From a virus, in the IMG/VR virus record IMGVR_UViG_3300019487_000003, positions 1 to 64,000 of that record: a stretch of DNA of 64,000 bases. One strand, 5' to 3'. The stretch's first letter is position 1, and each line of letters opens with the position of its first letter. Below the pieces are notes generated by a model, which saw nothing but the letters and a program-made list of their open reading frames with translations, did no database searches and was not told the DNA's origin. The translations under genes were made by a program, and so were the position numbers. Of the stretch, positions 1-9,073 are shown piece by piece.

Positions 1-236
1 ACGCGGCGGTCACTATGAGAAACCCCAACAATTTTCGAGGGCCCTGGACAATCGTAACACCAGATGCCGGAGGATTAACATATAAAGCCGTTATTCCATC
101 TGTTGCATCATTCTTTGGTGGGGTATTACCAAAGAAGTGGGGTTTTGTTGTCGAAAATAGAACAGGACTTGCCTTTAACGCAACTGAAGGAAACCACACT
201 AAACAGTATACCGGCATATATCTAACTTCATCATAA
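1..236 (+). CDS. C-terminal fragment of an ORF open to the window edge (function unknown, probably virion-associated)
   Basis: Frame 3 is open from nt 3 to the stop at 234-236. The true start lies upstream of the window. Confidence 0.35.
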   Translation, partial: AAVTMRNPNNFRGPWTIVTPDAGGLTYKAVIPSVASFFGGVLPKKWGFVVENRTGLAFNATEGNHTKQYTGIYLTSS

Positions 237-255
237 TCTTTCGAGGTAATGAAAA

Positions 256-3200
256 GTGAGTGCCAAGTACCCTTTTCGTAGATCATATCTAACACAACCA
301 CCTCCAGGGGTAGAAATAAACCCTGGCCACCCTCTCTCAAAGGGTCTTGTGTCCTATTGGACATTTGCTACTACTGGAAAAAGAGTATATGATCTTGGTC
401 CTGCTCAGAAACATGGCCCATTTTCTGGTGTTATATCAATAAATCGAACAAATAATCATAGAATTTCCGGAAATTGTGTTGAAACAACTAACAGTAACGG
501 AGAATTCATCAATTTTGGAACAAGCACACTTTATCCTATTGGTGCCGCAGCAAGAACCATTACTTTTTGGGTGCAACCAGATACAGATACAGCAAGAAAC
601 TGGGTAGATTATTCATCTAATACTTCAAATATCCTTAATATTGGACAAAGATTTAGAATTTATACCCAAAATGGTGCTATCAGAATGGATTTTGGTCTAC
701 ATTCTGTAAGAACACCAAACAACGTAATTCTACCTAACGAAACTTGGGCTTTCGTGGCAGTTGTTGTTCCTGTTGGTGCCACAACAACAGGACAAGTCCA
801 AATATATTTACAAGGAGTTTTACAAACTCTTACAGCTACTAGTGGAACAAGTCAAACACTCAATACCACAAATATTAACGTTCAAGTTGGAGAAGGATTT
901 GATGGGACAAATTCTGAAGGAAAACTTACAGAATTAAGAATTTATAATAGAGCATTATCAAATTCAGAAATCATTCAATTGAAGAATATGCCTTGGGCGA
1001 ACTTCACTGAACCAACTTATTTAACTGATCTTCAACCGGCACCAGCTACACAAATTATTTCTCCAACTAGTATTGCAAGTGCAGAAGCATTTGGTTCTCA
1101 TCTTGTAAATCAAAATATTTTACCAAATGCTATTCCTTCAGCAGAAGCAATAGGCCTTGCACAATTAAATCAATTTATTATTGCACCAAGTTCTATTCCT
1201 TCAGCAGAAGCGTTTGGGACAGATATAATTGTGCATGAAATTGAACCATCTTCTATTCCAAGTGGTGAAAATTTTGGGTTGCCACTTGTTATGACAAATG
1301 TTATAACAATTTTTCCTACCGGGCCGCCTTCTGAAGAAGCGTTTGGTACTCCCCTTCTTATACAACATATAAACCCTTCAAGCATCAACTCAGATGAGGC
1401 TTTAGGTACTCCAACTTTAGCATTTGGAGTGATAACACTTCTACCAGTCGGTATTACCTCACAAGAGGCGATTGGAAATCATCAAATAAATTTAGAAACA
1501 GAAGAAATTGGTATTGCCTCTGGAGAAGCCTTTGGTATACCATTAATTATTCAAACAATTATCGCTCCAACTTCTATCTCAAGTGGCGAAGCCTTCGGCA
1601 CACCCCTAATAGTTCAACACATTCATGCTATTTCAATAAATTCTCAAGAGGCTTTTGGTACTCCAACAGTTTCTACAGGATTTGTAACTATACTTCCAGA
1701 TGATATGGGTTCCGAAGAAGATTTTGGAATTCCTTTTGTAAGTTCACCATCTACTATAATTGTTCTAGGAATTCCTTCCGAAGAAGATGTAAATGAACCT
1801 ATAATTGTTCACAAAATTTTCAACTTCACACTAAACTCTGAAGAAGATTTCGGCCTTGCAAAATTTAATTCAAAAATACATAATCCGACAAGTATACCAA
1901 CAGAAGAAGTATTTGGCACACCTGAATTACTTGTAGGAAATACAAATGTTCTTCCTAGTTCTATTGCTCCTTCAGAAGCATTTGGTAATACAACATTAGT
2001 ATTGTATTTACAACCAAGTTCTATAGCTTCCGAAGAATCTGTAGGTACACCAGAACTAGATGTGATACTAGATAACTTTACTATACCATCACTCGAAAAT
2101 GTTCCACCACCAACTATAGTTACATCTGGTATTAGTGTTAGTGTTACTTCAATTGCTTCAGAGGAAGCATTTGGTACACCTCAATTAATGGTTCATATAC
2201 ACCCTATTGGGATCACTTCTCAATCAGATTTTGGTGTAATTTATATTTTATCAAAGATAGTTCCATTTTCTATTCCTTCTGAAGAAATTTTTGGTGCCAC
2301 AAAAATAAATAGCCACATTCAACCATCTGGTATAGTTTCTGGTGAGACAATTGGTTCTCATACACTTAGTTATGTTATTAAACCAAGTTCTATAGGATCT
2401 AATGAATTTTTTGGTTCTCCAACAATTGTAACTCCAATTGCACCATTGCTTCCTACAAGTATTGGTTCTCAAGAAACTTTTGGTAATACGCAAGTTAATT
2501 TAAAACTATTCACAACAGGAATACCATCCGAAGAAGCATTTGGTTCTGATAGTTTAAATGAAAATATTAAACCATCTAGCATACCTTCTACTGAAGCATT
2601 TGGAACATTAAAAATAAATCAAAATGTCTATCCTGTTTCTATATCTTCAAATGAAGTCTTTGGGACTCCTAGTGTTATTCCTGAAATAGATGAAACATCT
2701 ATACCTTCTGCTGAAGCATTTGGTTTAGCGCAACTAAACCTCAAACTGTATCAATCATCTATACCTTCTGCTGAAGCATTTGGTTTAGCAAAATTGAAAT
2801 TATATGTTGCTCCATCAAGTATAGGTTCTTCTGAAGCCTTTGGCTCACACTCTGTTGGATATAAAATAAAACCAACTGCAATACCATCTGGACAAATATT
2901 CGGTGCACCAACTATTATTCCTGGTGCAGTTAGTATAATTGTTCCTTCTATAGGTTCATCTGAAGCCTTTGGTTCACATAAGATTAATCACAAAATTAAT
3001 CCAAGTAGTATTGCCTCGGCTCAGATGTTTGGTTCATCGAATGTTACACAAGAAGTTGATAGATTTTCTATCCCTTCCGCAGAAGCATTTGGTATACCTA
3101 AAGTCAAAAAGTTTGTTCATCAAATATCTATACCTTCGGCAGAAGTTGTTCCTGCTCCTAAAGTTAACCTTAAGATTAAACCTACAGGAATTCCAAGTGA

Positions 3201-4131
3201 AGAAAGTGTTCCTAATGTTAATATAGAGGTTGGTCCTGTTTTTGTTGTTCCTCCTTCTATTCCTTCTGCGGAAGATGTTTCGACCAGTGATAGAATTAGA
3301 ATTAGAATACACTTAAATCCTGGACTTGGTATACCAACACAACAAGCATTTGGTATACCTCAATTAAACTTTATTTTGCATCCACAAGGATTCAATCAAA
3401 CAATTGTTCCTAGTCCTATTATTGTTACAGGTAACACAAATATATCTGTATTTGGATTAATTACAAGAGAACATTTTGGTACACCTAAACTTGTATTTGA
3501 AATTGATACAACTGGCATACCTTCTGCTGAAATTTTTGGATCACACTCAATTCTGAAAAAGATAAAAGTTACATCTATTTTATCGAACGAAAGTTTTGGA
3601 TCTCATAAGGTTGTAAAGATATTGGGTGTAACTGGAATTGCAACTGGGGAATCTTTTGGTTCTGTAAATGTTGTTCCTGAAATTGATCCTATAGGTATTC
3701 CTTCTGAAGAAAATGTTCCTACCATCAATCTTATTCAATCTGCCGCCCCTCTTGGGACAGTTTCTATCGGAAGCGGAGAAACATTTGGAAGTTTGAAAGT
3801 CAATCTTTCTATTATTGATGCGGGCAATATAGAATCCGGGGAAGATTTCTTAAATGCAGAAATTTTTGAAATGGGAATTGAGTCAGAAGAAGAATTTGGG
3901 CTTCCACTTCTATTAAAACAATCAGTCATATTGCCATTAGGAATTCCTTCTCAAGAACAATTCGGTGGAAACACAAGGGTATTCCAACAACTAATTACGC
4001 TTGAAGATAATCACGACGGAATCCCAACAAATGAAGGATTAGGTATTCCATGGTTAGTCAACCACAGAGACAGAGCTTTTGTAACATTGTCTGCAAGTAA
4101 AAGAAATTATAAATATCTCGTGAGAAAATAA
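256..4131 (+). CDS. Giant fibre/adhesin-like protein: N-terminal LamG/concanavalin-like domain followed by about 48 tandem ~20-aa repeats (consensus I-x-P-S-S-I-P-S-A-E-A-F-G-x-P-x-L)
   Basis: Uninterrupted 1291-aa ORF with a GTG start 8 nt after GAGG. 'GKLTELRIYNRALSNSEI' is typical of the end of LamG_3-type domains. Repeats were parsed by eye from the translation. Confidence 0.8.
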   Translation: MSAKYPFRRSYLTQPPPGVEINPGHPLSKGLVSYWTFATTGKRVYDLGPAQKHGPFSGVISINRTNNHRISGNCVETTNSNGEFINFGTSTLYPIGAAARTITFWVQPDTDTARNWVDYSSNTSNILNIGQRFRIYTQNGAIRMDFGLHSVRTPNNVILPNETWAFVAVVVPVGATTTGQVQIYLQGVLQTLTATSGTSQTLNTTNINVQVGEGFDGTNSEGKLTELRIYNRALSNSEIIQLKNMPWANFTEPTYLTDLQPAPATQIISPTSIASAEAFGSHLVNQNILPNAIPSAEAIGLAQLNQFIIAPSSIPSAEAFGTDIIVHEIEPSSIPSGENFGLPLVMTNVITIFPTGPPSEEAFGTPLLIQHINPSSINSDEALGTPTLAFGVITLLPVGITSQEAIGNHQINLETEEIGIASGEAFGIPLIIQTIIAPTSISSGEAFGTPLIVQHIHAISINSQEAFGTPTVSTGFVTILPDDMGSEEDFGIPFVSSPSTIIVLGIPSEEDVNEPIIVHKIFNFTLNSEEDFGLAKFNSKIHNPTSIPTEEVFGTPELLVGNTNVLPSSIAPSEAFGNTTLVLYLQPSSIASEESVGTPELDVILDNFTIPSLENVPPPTIVTSGISVSVTSIASEEAFGTPQLMVHIHPIGITSQSDFGVIYILSKIVPFSIPSEEIFGATKINSHIQPSGIVSGETIGSHTLSYVIKPSSIGSNEFFGSPTIVTPIAPLLPTSIGSQETFGNTQVNLKLFTTGIPSEEAFGSDSLNENIKPSSIPSTEAFGTLKINQNVYPVSISSNEVFGTPSVIPEIDETSIPSAEAFGLAQLNLKLYQSSIPSAEAFGLAKLKLYVAPSSIGSSEAFGSHSVGYKIKPTAIPSGQIFGAPTIIPGAVSIIVPSIGSSEAFGSHKINHKINPSSIASAQMFGSSNVTQEVDRFSIPSAEAFGIPKVKKFVHQISIPSAEVVPAPKVNLKIKPTGIPSEESVPNVNIEVGPVFVVPPSIPSAEDVSTSDRIRIRIHLNPGLGIPTQQAFGIPQLNFILHPQGFNQTIVPSPIIVTGNTNISVFGLITREHFGTPKLVFEIDTTGIPSAEIFGSHSILKKIKVTSILSNESFGSHKVVKILGVTGIATGESFGSVNVVPEIDPIGIPSEENVPTINLIQSAAPLGTVSIGSGETFGSLKVNLSIIDAGNIESGEDFLNAEIFEMGIESEEEFGLPLLLKQSVILPLGIPSQEQFGGNTRVFQQLITLEDNHDGIPTNEGLGIPWLVNHRDRAFVTLSASKRNYKYLVRK
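1054..4060 (+). repeat. In-frame degenerate tandem array with ~60-nt period (about 48 units)
   Basis: Recurrent 'ccttc(t/a)gc(t/a)gaagcatttgg' cores. Units starting at 2701 and 2761 share their first 29 nt exactly. Confidence 0.85.
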
Positions 4132-4161
4132 TCTTACTTCAGATTTATAGGAGAAAAGACA

Positions 4162-4569
4162 ATGGCAAATGCACTCTATGATAAAGGTCGTGAAGCATTT
4201 CTTAATGGCGATATTGACTGGCTGAATGATGACATTAGAGTTATCCTTGTCGATTTGGCCGATTATACACCTAACCTTGCTACTCATGATTTCTTGGACG
4301 ATGTTCCTGGTGCCGCTCGTGTAGCTGTATCTGGAGCTCTTGCATCTAAGACATCAACAAATGGTGTTGCCGATGCTGCTGACGTTACTTGGTCTCTTGT
4401 AACTGGTGATCAATCCGAAGCTATCGTTCTTTACAAGCACACAGGTGTTGAAGCTACTTCAAACCTTATTGCTTATATCGATACTGCTACAGGTCTTCCT
4501 GTAACACCAAACGGTGGGGATATCACTGTTCAATGGGATAACGGCGCAAACAAGATTTTCAAATTGTAA
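4162..4569 (+). CDS. Small conserved phage protein, probably structural (function unknown)
   Basis: AGGAG 7 nt upstream of the ATG. Codon choice resembles the capsid gene. No catalytic motif recognised. Confidence 0.6.
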   Translation: MANALYDKGREAFLNGDIDWLNDDIRVILVDLADYTPNLATHDFLDDVPGAARVAVSGALASKTSTNGVADAADVTWSLVTGDQSEAIVLYKHTGVEATSNLIAYIDTATGLPVTPNGGDITVQWDNGANKIFKL

Positions 4570-4592
4570 TCTAAACACGGCGCAGGTTATTA

Positions 4593-4934
4593 ATGGCCAT
4601 AGATCGCCGTCAACAGTTTACCAAACAGCCCTCCGAAAAACTACCAGTAGACCTGGATTTTGGAAGGGCTATCCCTGTCGGCTCAGACCACATTGTAGAT
4701 GCTTCCGCAACGGCTGTAAAATGGCCGCGGAAGCAGCCTACTGTTAAAACAGATGCTACCTCTGAAATACTTTTAAGCGATGTTCCAGTGATTGTTGGTG
4801 TCAGTCAAACAAAACTTAGATTGATGGTAATTGATGGATTGGATGAATTTGAGTATCAAATCAGCGTCATTTCCATATGGGATAATGGTGCGGAATTGGA
4901 AGATGAAATATATGTTAGAGTTAGGGAAGAATAA
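4593..4934 (+). CDS. Small phage protein, probably structural (function unknown)
   Basis: 113-aa ORF packed between neighbours, all-beta-looking sequence, no motif recognised. Confidence 0.5.
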   Translation: MAIDRRQQFTKQPSEKLPVDLDFGRAIPVGSDHIVDASATAVKWPRKQPTVKTDATSEILLSDVPVIVGVSQTKLRLMVIDGLDEFEYQISVISIWDNGAELEDEIYVRVREE

Positions 4935-4936
4935 TT

Positions 4937-4944
4937 TATAAATA
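4937..4944 (+). promoter_or_regulatory. T4-type late promoter TATAAATA upstream of the scaffold gene
   Basis: Perfect TATAAATA in an intergenic spacer. A gp55 late sigma is encoded in this window. The 17-nt block 4935-4951 is identical to 48272-48288. Confidence 0.6.
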
Positions 4945-4997
4945 TCTTCATCATATACAAAAATTTTTGTTGAATGACAATTTAGGAGTATTTTCAA

Positions 4998-6314
4998 ATG
5001 GCAGCAAAGAAGTCTTTCAAGGCACTTCGAGAAGATCAAAACAAATTGCTCCCTACACATCCTTCCGATGCTGGGAAACAAGTTCCAGATAAGTGGGCAG
5101 ATCGTAAAGCAACTTCCGAACAAGATAAGAGCAAGTCTTTGCTCCCTACACATTCATCTGACGCAAGCGCAGAAGTTCCAGATTCACTAGAAGGAAAAGT
5201 TGGTAAAAGAGCAGTAAAGCCATCTCAAGATGGTCAAGCTATTGCTTGGGCCGCTGGTAAGCACGGAAATGCAGAAGCAGCACAACTTCCTGAATCTGAA
5301 GATAAAGAAGATTGGGATAAGGAAGAAGTCAAGGAAGAGGAAGAAAAGGACGAGGACAAGGAAGTAAAAGAACATGATGAAAAGGGTGAAGAGGAAGAAG
5401 AACTGAAGGAAGGGGATGACTGGGAAGAAGACCTTGACAAGATGGACGAAGAAGTTGAAGACGAGTTGAAGAAGGATGAAGTGAAGGAAGAAGATGAGAA
5501 GGATGAAGACAAGGAAGAAGTGAAGGAAGACGAAGATAAAGACGCTGATAAGTCTGAGGACGATGAAGACGAAGAACTTAAGGAACATCTTGCCGCTCTT
5601 ACTGCTGGTGATTTCCTTTCTGAAGATACAAAGGGTCGCGTAAAGACTATTTTTGAAACTGCTGTTCGTTCGTCTGTTCAAAAGAAACTTTCTGGAGAAA
5701 GAAAGAAGCTCCAAGAAGCGTTTTCTAAAGTGTCAAAGCGAAAGATTCGCAAGATGCACGAAAATATGGCAGAACGTATTAATTCCTACCTCGACTACAT
5801 TGTAGAAGAATGGTTGAAGGAAAACTCTGTAGCTGTAGAAGCTGGTCTTCGCACAGAACTTGCAGAAGAATTCATGTCAAAGTTGAAGAATCTTTTGGAA
5901 GATCATTTCGTTGAAGTTCCTGAAAGCAAGAAAGATTTGCTCGGAGAACAAGCAGAAAAAATCGAAGCACTTGAAAAAGAATTGAATGATGAAATCAACA
6001 AGAATGTTGATTTGTCAAAGAAGATCAATGAGGGTGAAAAAGAAGCATTAGTCACCTCTCTTTGTGAAGGGCTTACCGCACTTGAAGCAGAAAAATTCAA
6101 AAAGCTCATTGTAGCTGTAGATTTTTCTTCAAAAGAACAGTATGGTAAGAAACTTCAAATCATCAAAGAAAGCTATTTTGGAATCAAATCCAAGGCTGGT
6201 GATGTAGCTGGAGCCCTTGTTGAGGAAGGTGGAATCGAAGCTCAAAAGAGTGGACAAATTAATGATGAGATGGATCATTATGCTGTTGCGATTTCACAAA
6301 GTTTGAAAAAGTAA
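4998..6314 (+). CDS. gp22: Prohead core scaffold protein (T4 gp22-like) with a hyper-acidic central tract
   Basis: AGGAG SD; sits directly upstream of the gp23 homologue. The C-terminal half has the gp22-like 'NSYLDYIVEEWLKEN' region and coiled coil. About 110 aa of D/E/K-rich tract. Confidence 0.7.
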   Translation: MAAKKSFKALREDQNKLLPTHPSDAGKQVPDKWADRKATSEQDKSKSLLPTHSSDASAEVPDSLEGKVGKRAVKPSQDGQAIAWAAGKHGNAEAAQLPESEDKEDWDKEEVKEEEEKDEDKEVKEHDEKGEEEEELKEGDDWEEDLDKMDEEVEDELKKDEVKEEDEKDEDKEEVKEDEDKDADKSEDDEDEELKEHLAALTAGDFLSEDTKGRVKTIFETAVRSSVQKKLSGERKKLQEAFSKVSKRKIRKMHENMAERINSYLDYIVEEWLKENSVAVEAGLRTELAEEFMSKLKNLLEDHFVEVPESKKDLLGEQAEKIEALEKELNDEINKNVDLSKKINEGEKEALVTSLCEGLTALEAEKFKKLIVAVDFSSKEQYGKKLQIIKESYFGIKSKAGDVAGALVEEGGIEAQKSGQINDEMDHYAVAISQSLKK

Positions 6315-6319
6315 TGTTT

Positions 6320-6327
6320 TATAAATA
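6320..6327 (+). promoter_or_regulatory. T4-type late promoter TATAAATA upstream of the major capsid gene
   Basis: Perfect TATAAATA in the 54-nt spacer. AAGGAG SD follows before the ATG at 6369. Confidence 0.65.
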
Positions 6328-6368
6328 AAATTTAGAACTGCATAGCTTAATAGATAAGGAGTGCTAAA

Positions 6369-7658
6369 ATGTTCAAGACTGAAGACTTACAAAAGAAATG
6401 GGAGAAGGTCCTAAATCATCCTGAACTTTCTCCTATCAGAGACGCCTATCGTAAGGCTGTCGTAACTATCCTTCTCGAAAATCAAAAGAAGGAAAACGAC
6501 AATTCTGGCACAGGCGGATACGCAACTTTGAACGAAGCTGTTCCAGCTAACGTTGCAAACGGATTCCCAAATAACGCAAACTTGAAAGGATACGATCCAG
6601 TTTTGATCGCTCTCGTTCGTAGAGCGATGCCACAATTGATCGCTTTCGATGTTTGTGGTGTTCAACCAATGGACGGTCCTACTGGATTAATCTTCGCTCT
6701 TAAGAGCCGTTACACTTCACAAAGCGGTGCAGAAGCACTTCATTTTGAAGCAGATACAGCTTTCAGCGGAACAGGAACCCATACAGATCCTCTCGATCCA
6801 ACTGGCGCTCTTACTTCTGGTTCTGGTCTTGCTACATTCGACGGCGAAAAACTCGGCACTGGCGCTCCTGAGCCTGAGTTTCCTGAAATGGCACTTAGCA
6901 TCGACAAAGTAACTGTTGAAGCTAAGACTCGTGCGTTGAAAGCAGAATACACAATGGAAATTGCACAAGACCTTAAAGCAATTCACGGTCTTGATGCTGA
7001 AAGCGAACTTGCTAACATCCTTTCTGCTGAAATTCTTGCAGAAATCAACCGTGAAGTTATCCGTGAAATCTACCGTATCGCTGAAGTCGGTGCTCAACAC
7101 GATGTTGCGACTGCGGGAACTTTCGATCTCGATGTTGATAGCAATGGTCGTTGGCTCGTTGAAAAGTTCAAGGGTCTTATGTACCAACTTGAACGTGATG
7201 CTAACCAAATCGCAAAGAGAAGCCGTCGTGGACGTGCTAACTTCTTGCTTTGTTCTTCTGACGTTGCTTCTGCTTTTGCAGTAGCAGGGTTGCTCGACAA
7301 TGCAACTTCTCTTTCAAATAGCTTGAATGTTGATGAAACAGGAAATACTTTTGCTGGTGTTCTTAACGGACGCTATAAAGTATACATCGATCCTTATGCG
7401 TTGAACAACGTAAACTTCGCAGTTCTTGGATATAAGGGTTCAAATGCTTATGATGCTGGTCTTTTCTACTGCCCATACGTTCCTCTCCAAATGGTACGTG
7501 CGGTTGGTGAAAACAGTTTCCAACCAAAAATTGGATTCAAGACACGTTACGGACTCCGTTGCAACCCATTCAGCAACCTTGCTGGTAACTCAGACGGATC
7601 GCTTGTTTCAAACACAAACGTATACTACCGTAAGATTAAGATTACAAATCTTCTCTAA
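6369..7658 (+). CDS. gp23: Major capsid protein (T4 gp23 family)
   Basis: 'LVRRAMPQLIAFDVCGVQPMDGPTGLIFALKSRY' matches the T4 gp23 segment 'MVRRAIPNLIAFDICGVQPMNSPTGQVFALRAVY'. Strong SD and a terminator downstream. Confidence 0.93.
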   Translation: MFKTEDLQKKWEKVLNHPELSPIRDAYRKAVVTILLENQKKENDNSGTGGYATLNEAVPANVANGFPNNANLKGYDPVLIALVRRAMPQLIAFDVCGVQPMDGPTGLIFALKSRYTSQSGAEALHFEADTAFSGTGTHTDPLDPTGALTSGSGLATFDGEKLGTGAPEPEFPEMALSIDKVTVEAKTRALKAEYTMEIAQDLKAIHGLDAESELANILSAEILAEINREVIREIYRIAEVGAQHDVATAGTFDLDVDSNGRWLVEKFKGLMYQLERDANQIAKRSRRGRANFLLCSSDVASAFAVAGLLDNATSLSNSLNVDETGNTFAGVLNGRYKVYIDPYALNNVNFAVLGYKGSNAYDAGLFYCPYVPLQMVRAVGENSFQPKIGFKTRYGLRCNPFSNLAGNSDGSLVSNTNVYYRKIKITNLL

Positions 7659-7680
7659 TCTGAATTAGAAAGATTAAAGA

Positions 7681-7712
7681 AAAAGAGGCGCCGTTGTAAG
7701 CGCCTCTTTTTT
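7681..7712 (+). terminator. Rho-independent terminator after the capsid gene
   Basis: AAAAGAGGCGC (7681-7691) pairs with GCGCCTCTTTT (7700-7710), 8-nt loop, T-run follows. Confidence 0.85.
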
Positions 7713-7818
7713 GGCCCTGATTCTGAGTTGTGGATAGATTTATTTTCTATCCAACTGATATTTCTTTTAATCCAAGTCTGGAATCATTCAAGTTGACTCT
7801 TTTGCTGTTATGTGTAAA

Positions 7819-7826
7819 AATAAATA
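7819..7826 (+). promoter_or_regulatory. Late-promoter-like AATAAATA (one mismatch) upstream of 7865
   Basis: Intergenic, 38 nt upstream of the ATG. Weaker than the perfect sites. Confidence 0.3.
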
Positions 7827-7864
7827 GTAATGAGAACTTTATTCCATTCACTAGTAGGTAAACA

Positions 7865-8431
7865 ATGCCATTTCAGACAGAAAATAAGAATTTTCAGTCT
7901 CAATTAAACTTTGAGTTTACCATTCATCGTATCCCAGATGTTGCCTTTAACTTGCAAAGAATTGTTTTGCCGGGTGTTGAAATTACACCGATAAAGGTTC
8001 CATCTGTAGTAAACAAATTTCATGTCCCAGGAGATGAAGTAGTTTATGGACAACTTGAGGTTGAATTTAAGGTTCAAGAAGGTATGAGAGATTGGTACGA
8101 AATCTTTCAATGGGTCACAAGTTTAGCTTTTCCTGAAACACATGATCAATATGCTAACATTCGCCGAGGCCGTTTGAAAAATCTTGATGGGAAGAATGTT
8201 CCTCTACAAGATCCAAACCCAGATGGCGGGAGAAAATTGCAAAATCTTTTCTCAGATATTACTTTACACATTTTGACAAGCAAAGAAAACCCTTATCTTG
8301 AATTTACATTCAAAGATGCCTTTCCAGTTTCATTGGGGCCACTGACTTTTAATACTACTGACGCCGATGTTAATTATCTTAGTTCCTCGATACGATTTCA
8401 ATATGACACCTACAATGTTAGAAAACCATAG
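7865..8431 (+). CDS. Tail tube / baseplate-tube family protein (T4 gp19/gp48/gp54-like fold family)
   Basis: N-terminal pattern 'F-x-F-x-I-x-R-x-P...Q-x-V-x-LPG' and later 'W' motifs resemble the gp19 family. Assignment made from memory of the family pattern. Confidence 0.5.
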   Translation: MPFQTENKNFQSQLNFEFTIHRIPDVAFNLQRIVLPGVEITPIKVPSVVNKFHVPGDEVVYGQLEVEFKVQEGMRDWYEIFQWVTSLAFPETHDQYANIRRGRLKNLDGKNVPLQDPNPDGGRKLQNLFSDITLHILTSKENPYLEFTFKDAFPVSLGPLTFNTTDADVNYLSSSIRFQYDTYNVRKP

Positions 8432-8439
8432 AGTGCTAT

Positions 8440-8823
8440 ATGAAAAATAAAGTTACTAGACGACCACGAAAGATTAAGATTAAAGACGCCGAATACAAAG
8501 TAAAGGCGAAAAAGAATTTTTATGGCTTCAAGAAGCATAAAAAAGCTCTTAAGAAAGAAAAGTTGCATGGACGAATTGACTTCAATAAAGAATTAGTTGA
8601 AGTTGAGGAAGTTCAACCAACTGACGAGATGATCGATACTGTCATTCACGAAGTAATGCATGGCATCGTCCGAGAATGGCCTATCGAAGTAGATGGAAGA
8701 AAAGAAGAAAGATTCGTTACAGAACTTGCAAACGGACTAACTTCAGTTTTCATCGATAATCCAAAACTTGTTGGTTGGATGCACGAAAGAATCCTTGCTA
8801 TACTCGCTGCTAGAAACGTCTAA
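8440..8823 (+). CDS. Small basic protein with an HExxH zincin motif (HEVMH)
   Basis: 127 aa, Lys-rich N-terminus, 'VIHEVMHGI' at aa ~69-77. Confidence 0.5.
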   Translation: MKNKVTRRPRKIKIKDAEYKVKAKKNFYGFKKHKKALKKEKLHGRIDFNKELVEVEEVQPTDEMIDTVIHEVMHGIVREWPIEVDGRKEERFVTELANGLTSVFIDNPKLVGWMHERILAILAARNV

Positions 8824-8827
8824 GCAT

Positions 8828-9073
8828 ATGGCCAGTCCACCCTGGATCTTGCAACTCAAAAAGGGAGATGAATTGCTTTTGGAGTTTCCCTTTACAGGAA
8901 ATATGAGATATGCTATCATTGTTGAGATATTAGATTGGGGAATCGTGGTCGACTATGACGACAAAAAGCACGATTATCTTGACTTTCAGAATTATAATCT
9001 TCAAGATTCTCAATGGGAGAATTGGAAAGCATATAAAGTTGAAAAAGATGCGAGTAATAATAGCAGGGACTAG
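8828..9073 (+). CDS. Hypothetical protein
   Basis: ATG at 8828 lies 5 nt after the upstream stop. The longer track ORF (8768) would overlap the preceding gene. Confidence 0.45.
   Translation: MASPPWILQLKKGDELLLEFPFTGNMRYAIIVEILDWGIVVDYDDKKHDYLDFQNYNLQDSQWENWKAYKVEKDASNNSRD

Noticed and set aside
1054-4060. Regular ~60-nt periodicity that could be mistaken for a CRISPR array or satellite
   Set aside because: The array is one continuous open reading frame with amino-acid-level conservation. There is no alternation of identical repeats with unique spacers.
5187-5714. Minus-strand ORFs of 175 aa and 92 aa (5234-5512, poly-Ser/Phe/Leu) opposite the scaffold gene
   Set aside because: They are the antisense reading of the GAA/GAG/AAG-rich acidic tract. 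The products are low-complexity, they have no RBS, and they are fully nested in a well-supported + gene.
6717-7208. Minus-strand and alternative-frame ORFs inside the major capsid gene (6411-6665, 6717-7208, 6740-6952, 6961-7284, 7094-7300)
   Set aside because: All are embedded in the gp23 homologue, whose identity is unambiguous. They are shadow ORFs.
8955-9047. N-terminal extension of the SLOG/DUF2493 ORF (track start 8955)
   Set aside because: The extension is hydrophobic and low-complexity, and it overlaps most of the 8828-9073 ORF. The conserved domain begins at the internal ATG at 9048 (MRVIIAGTR).
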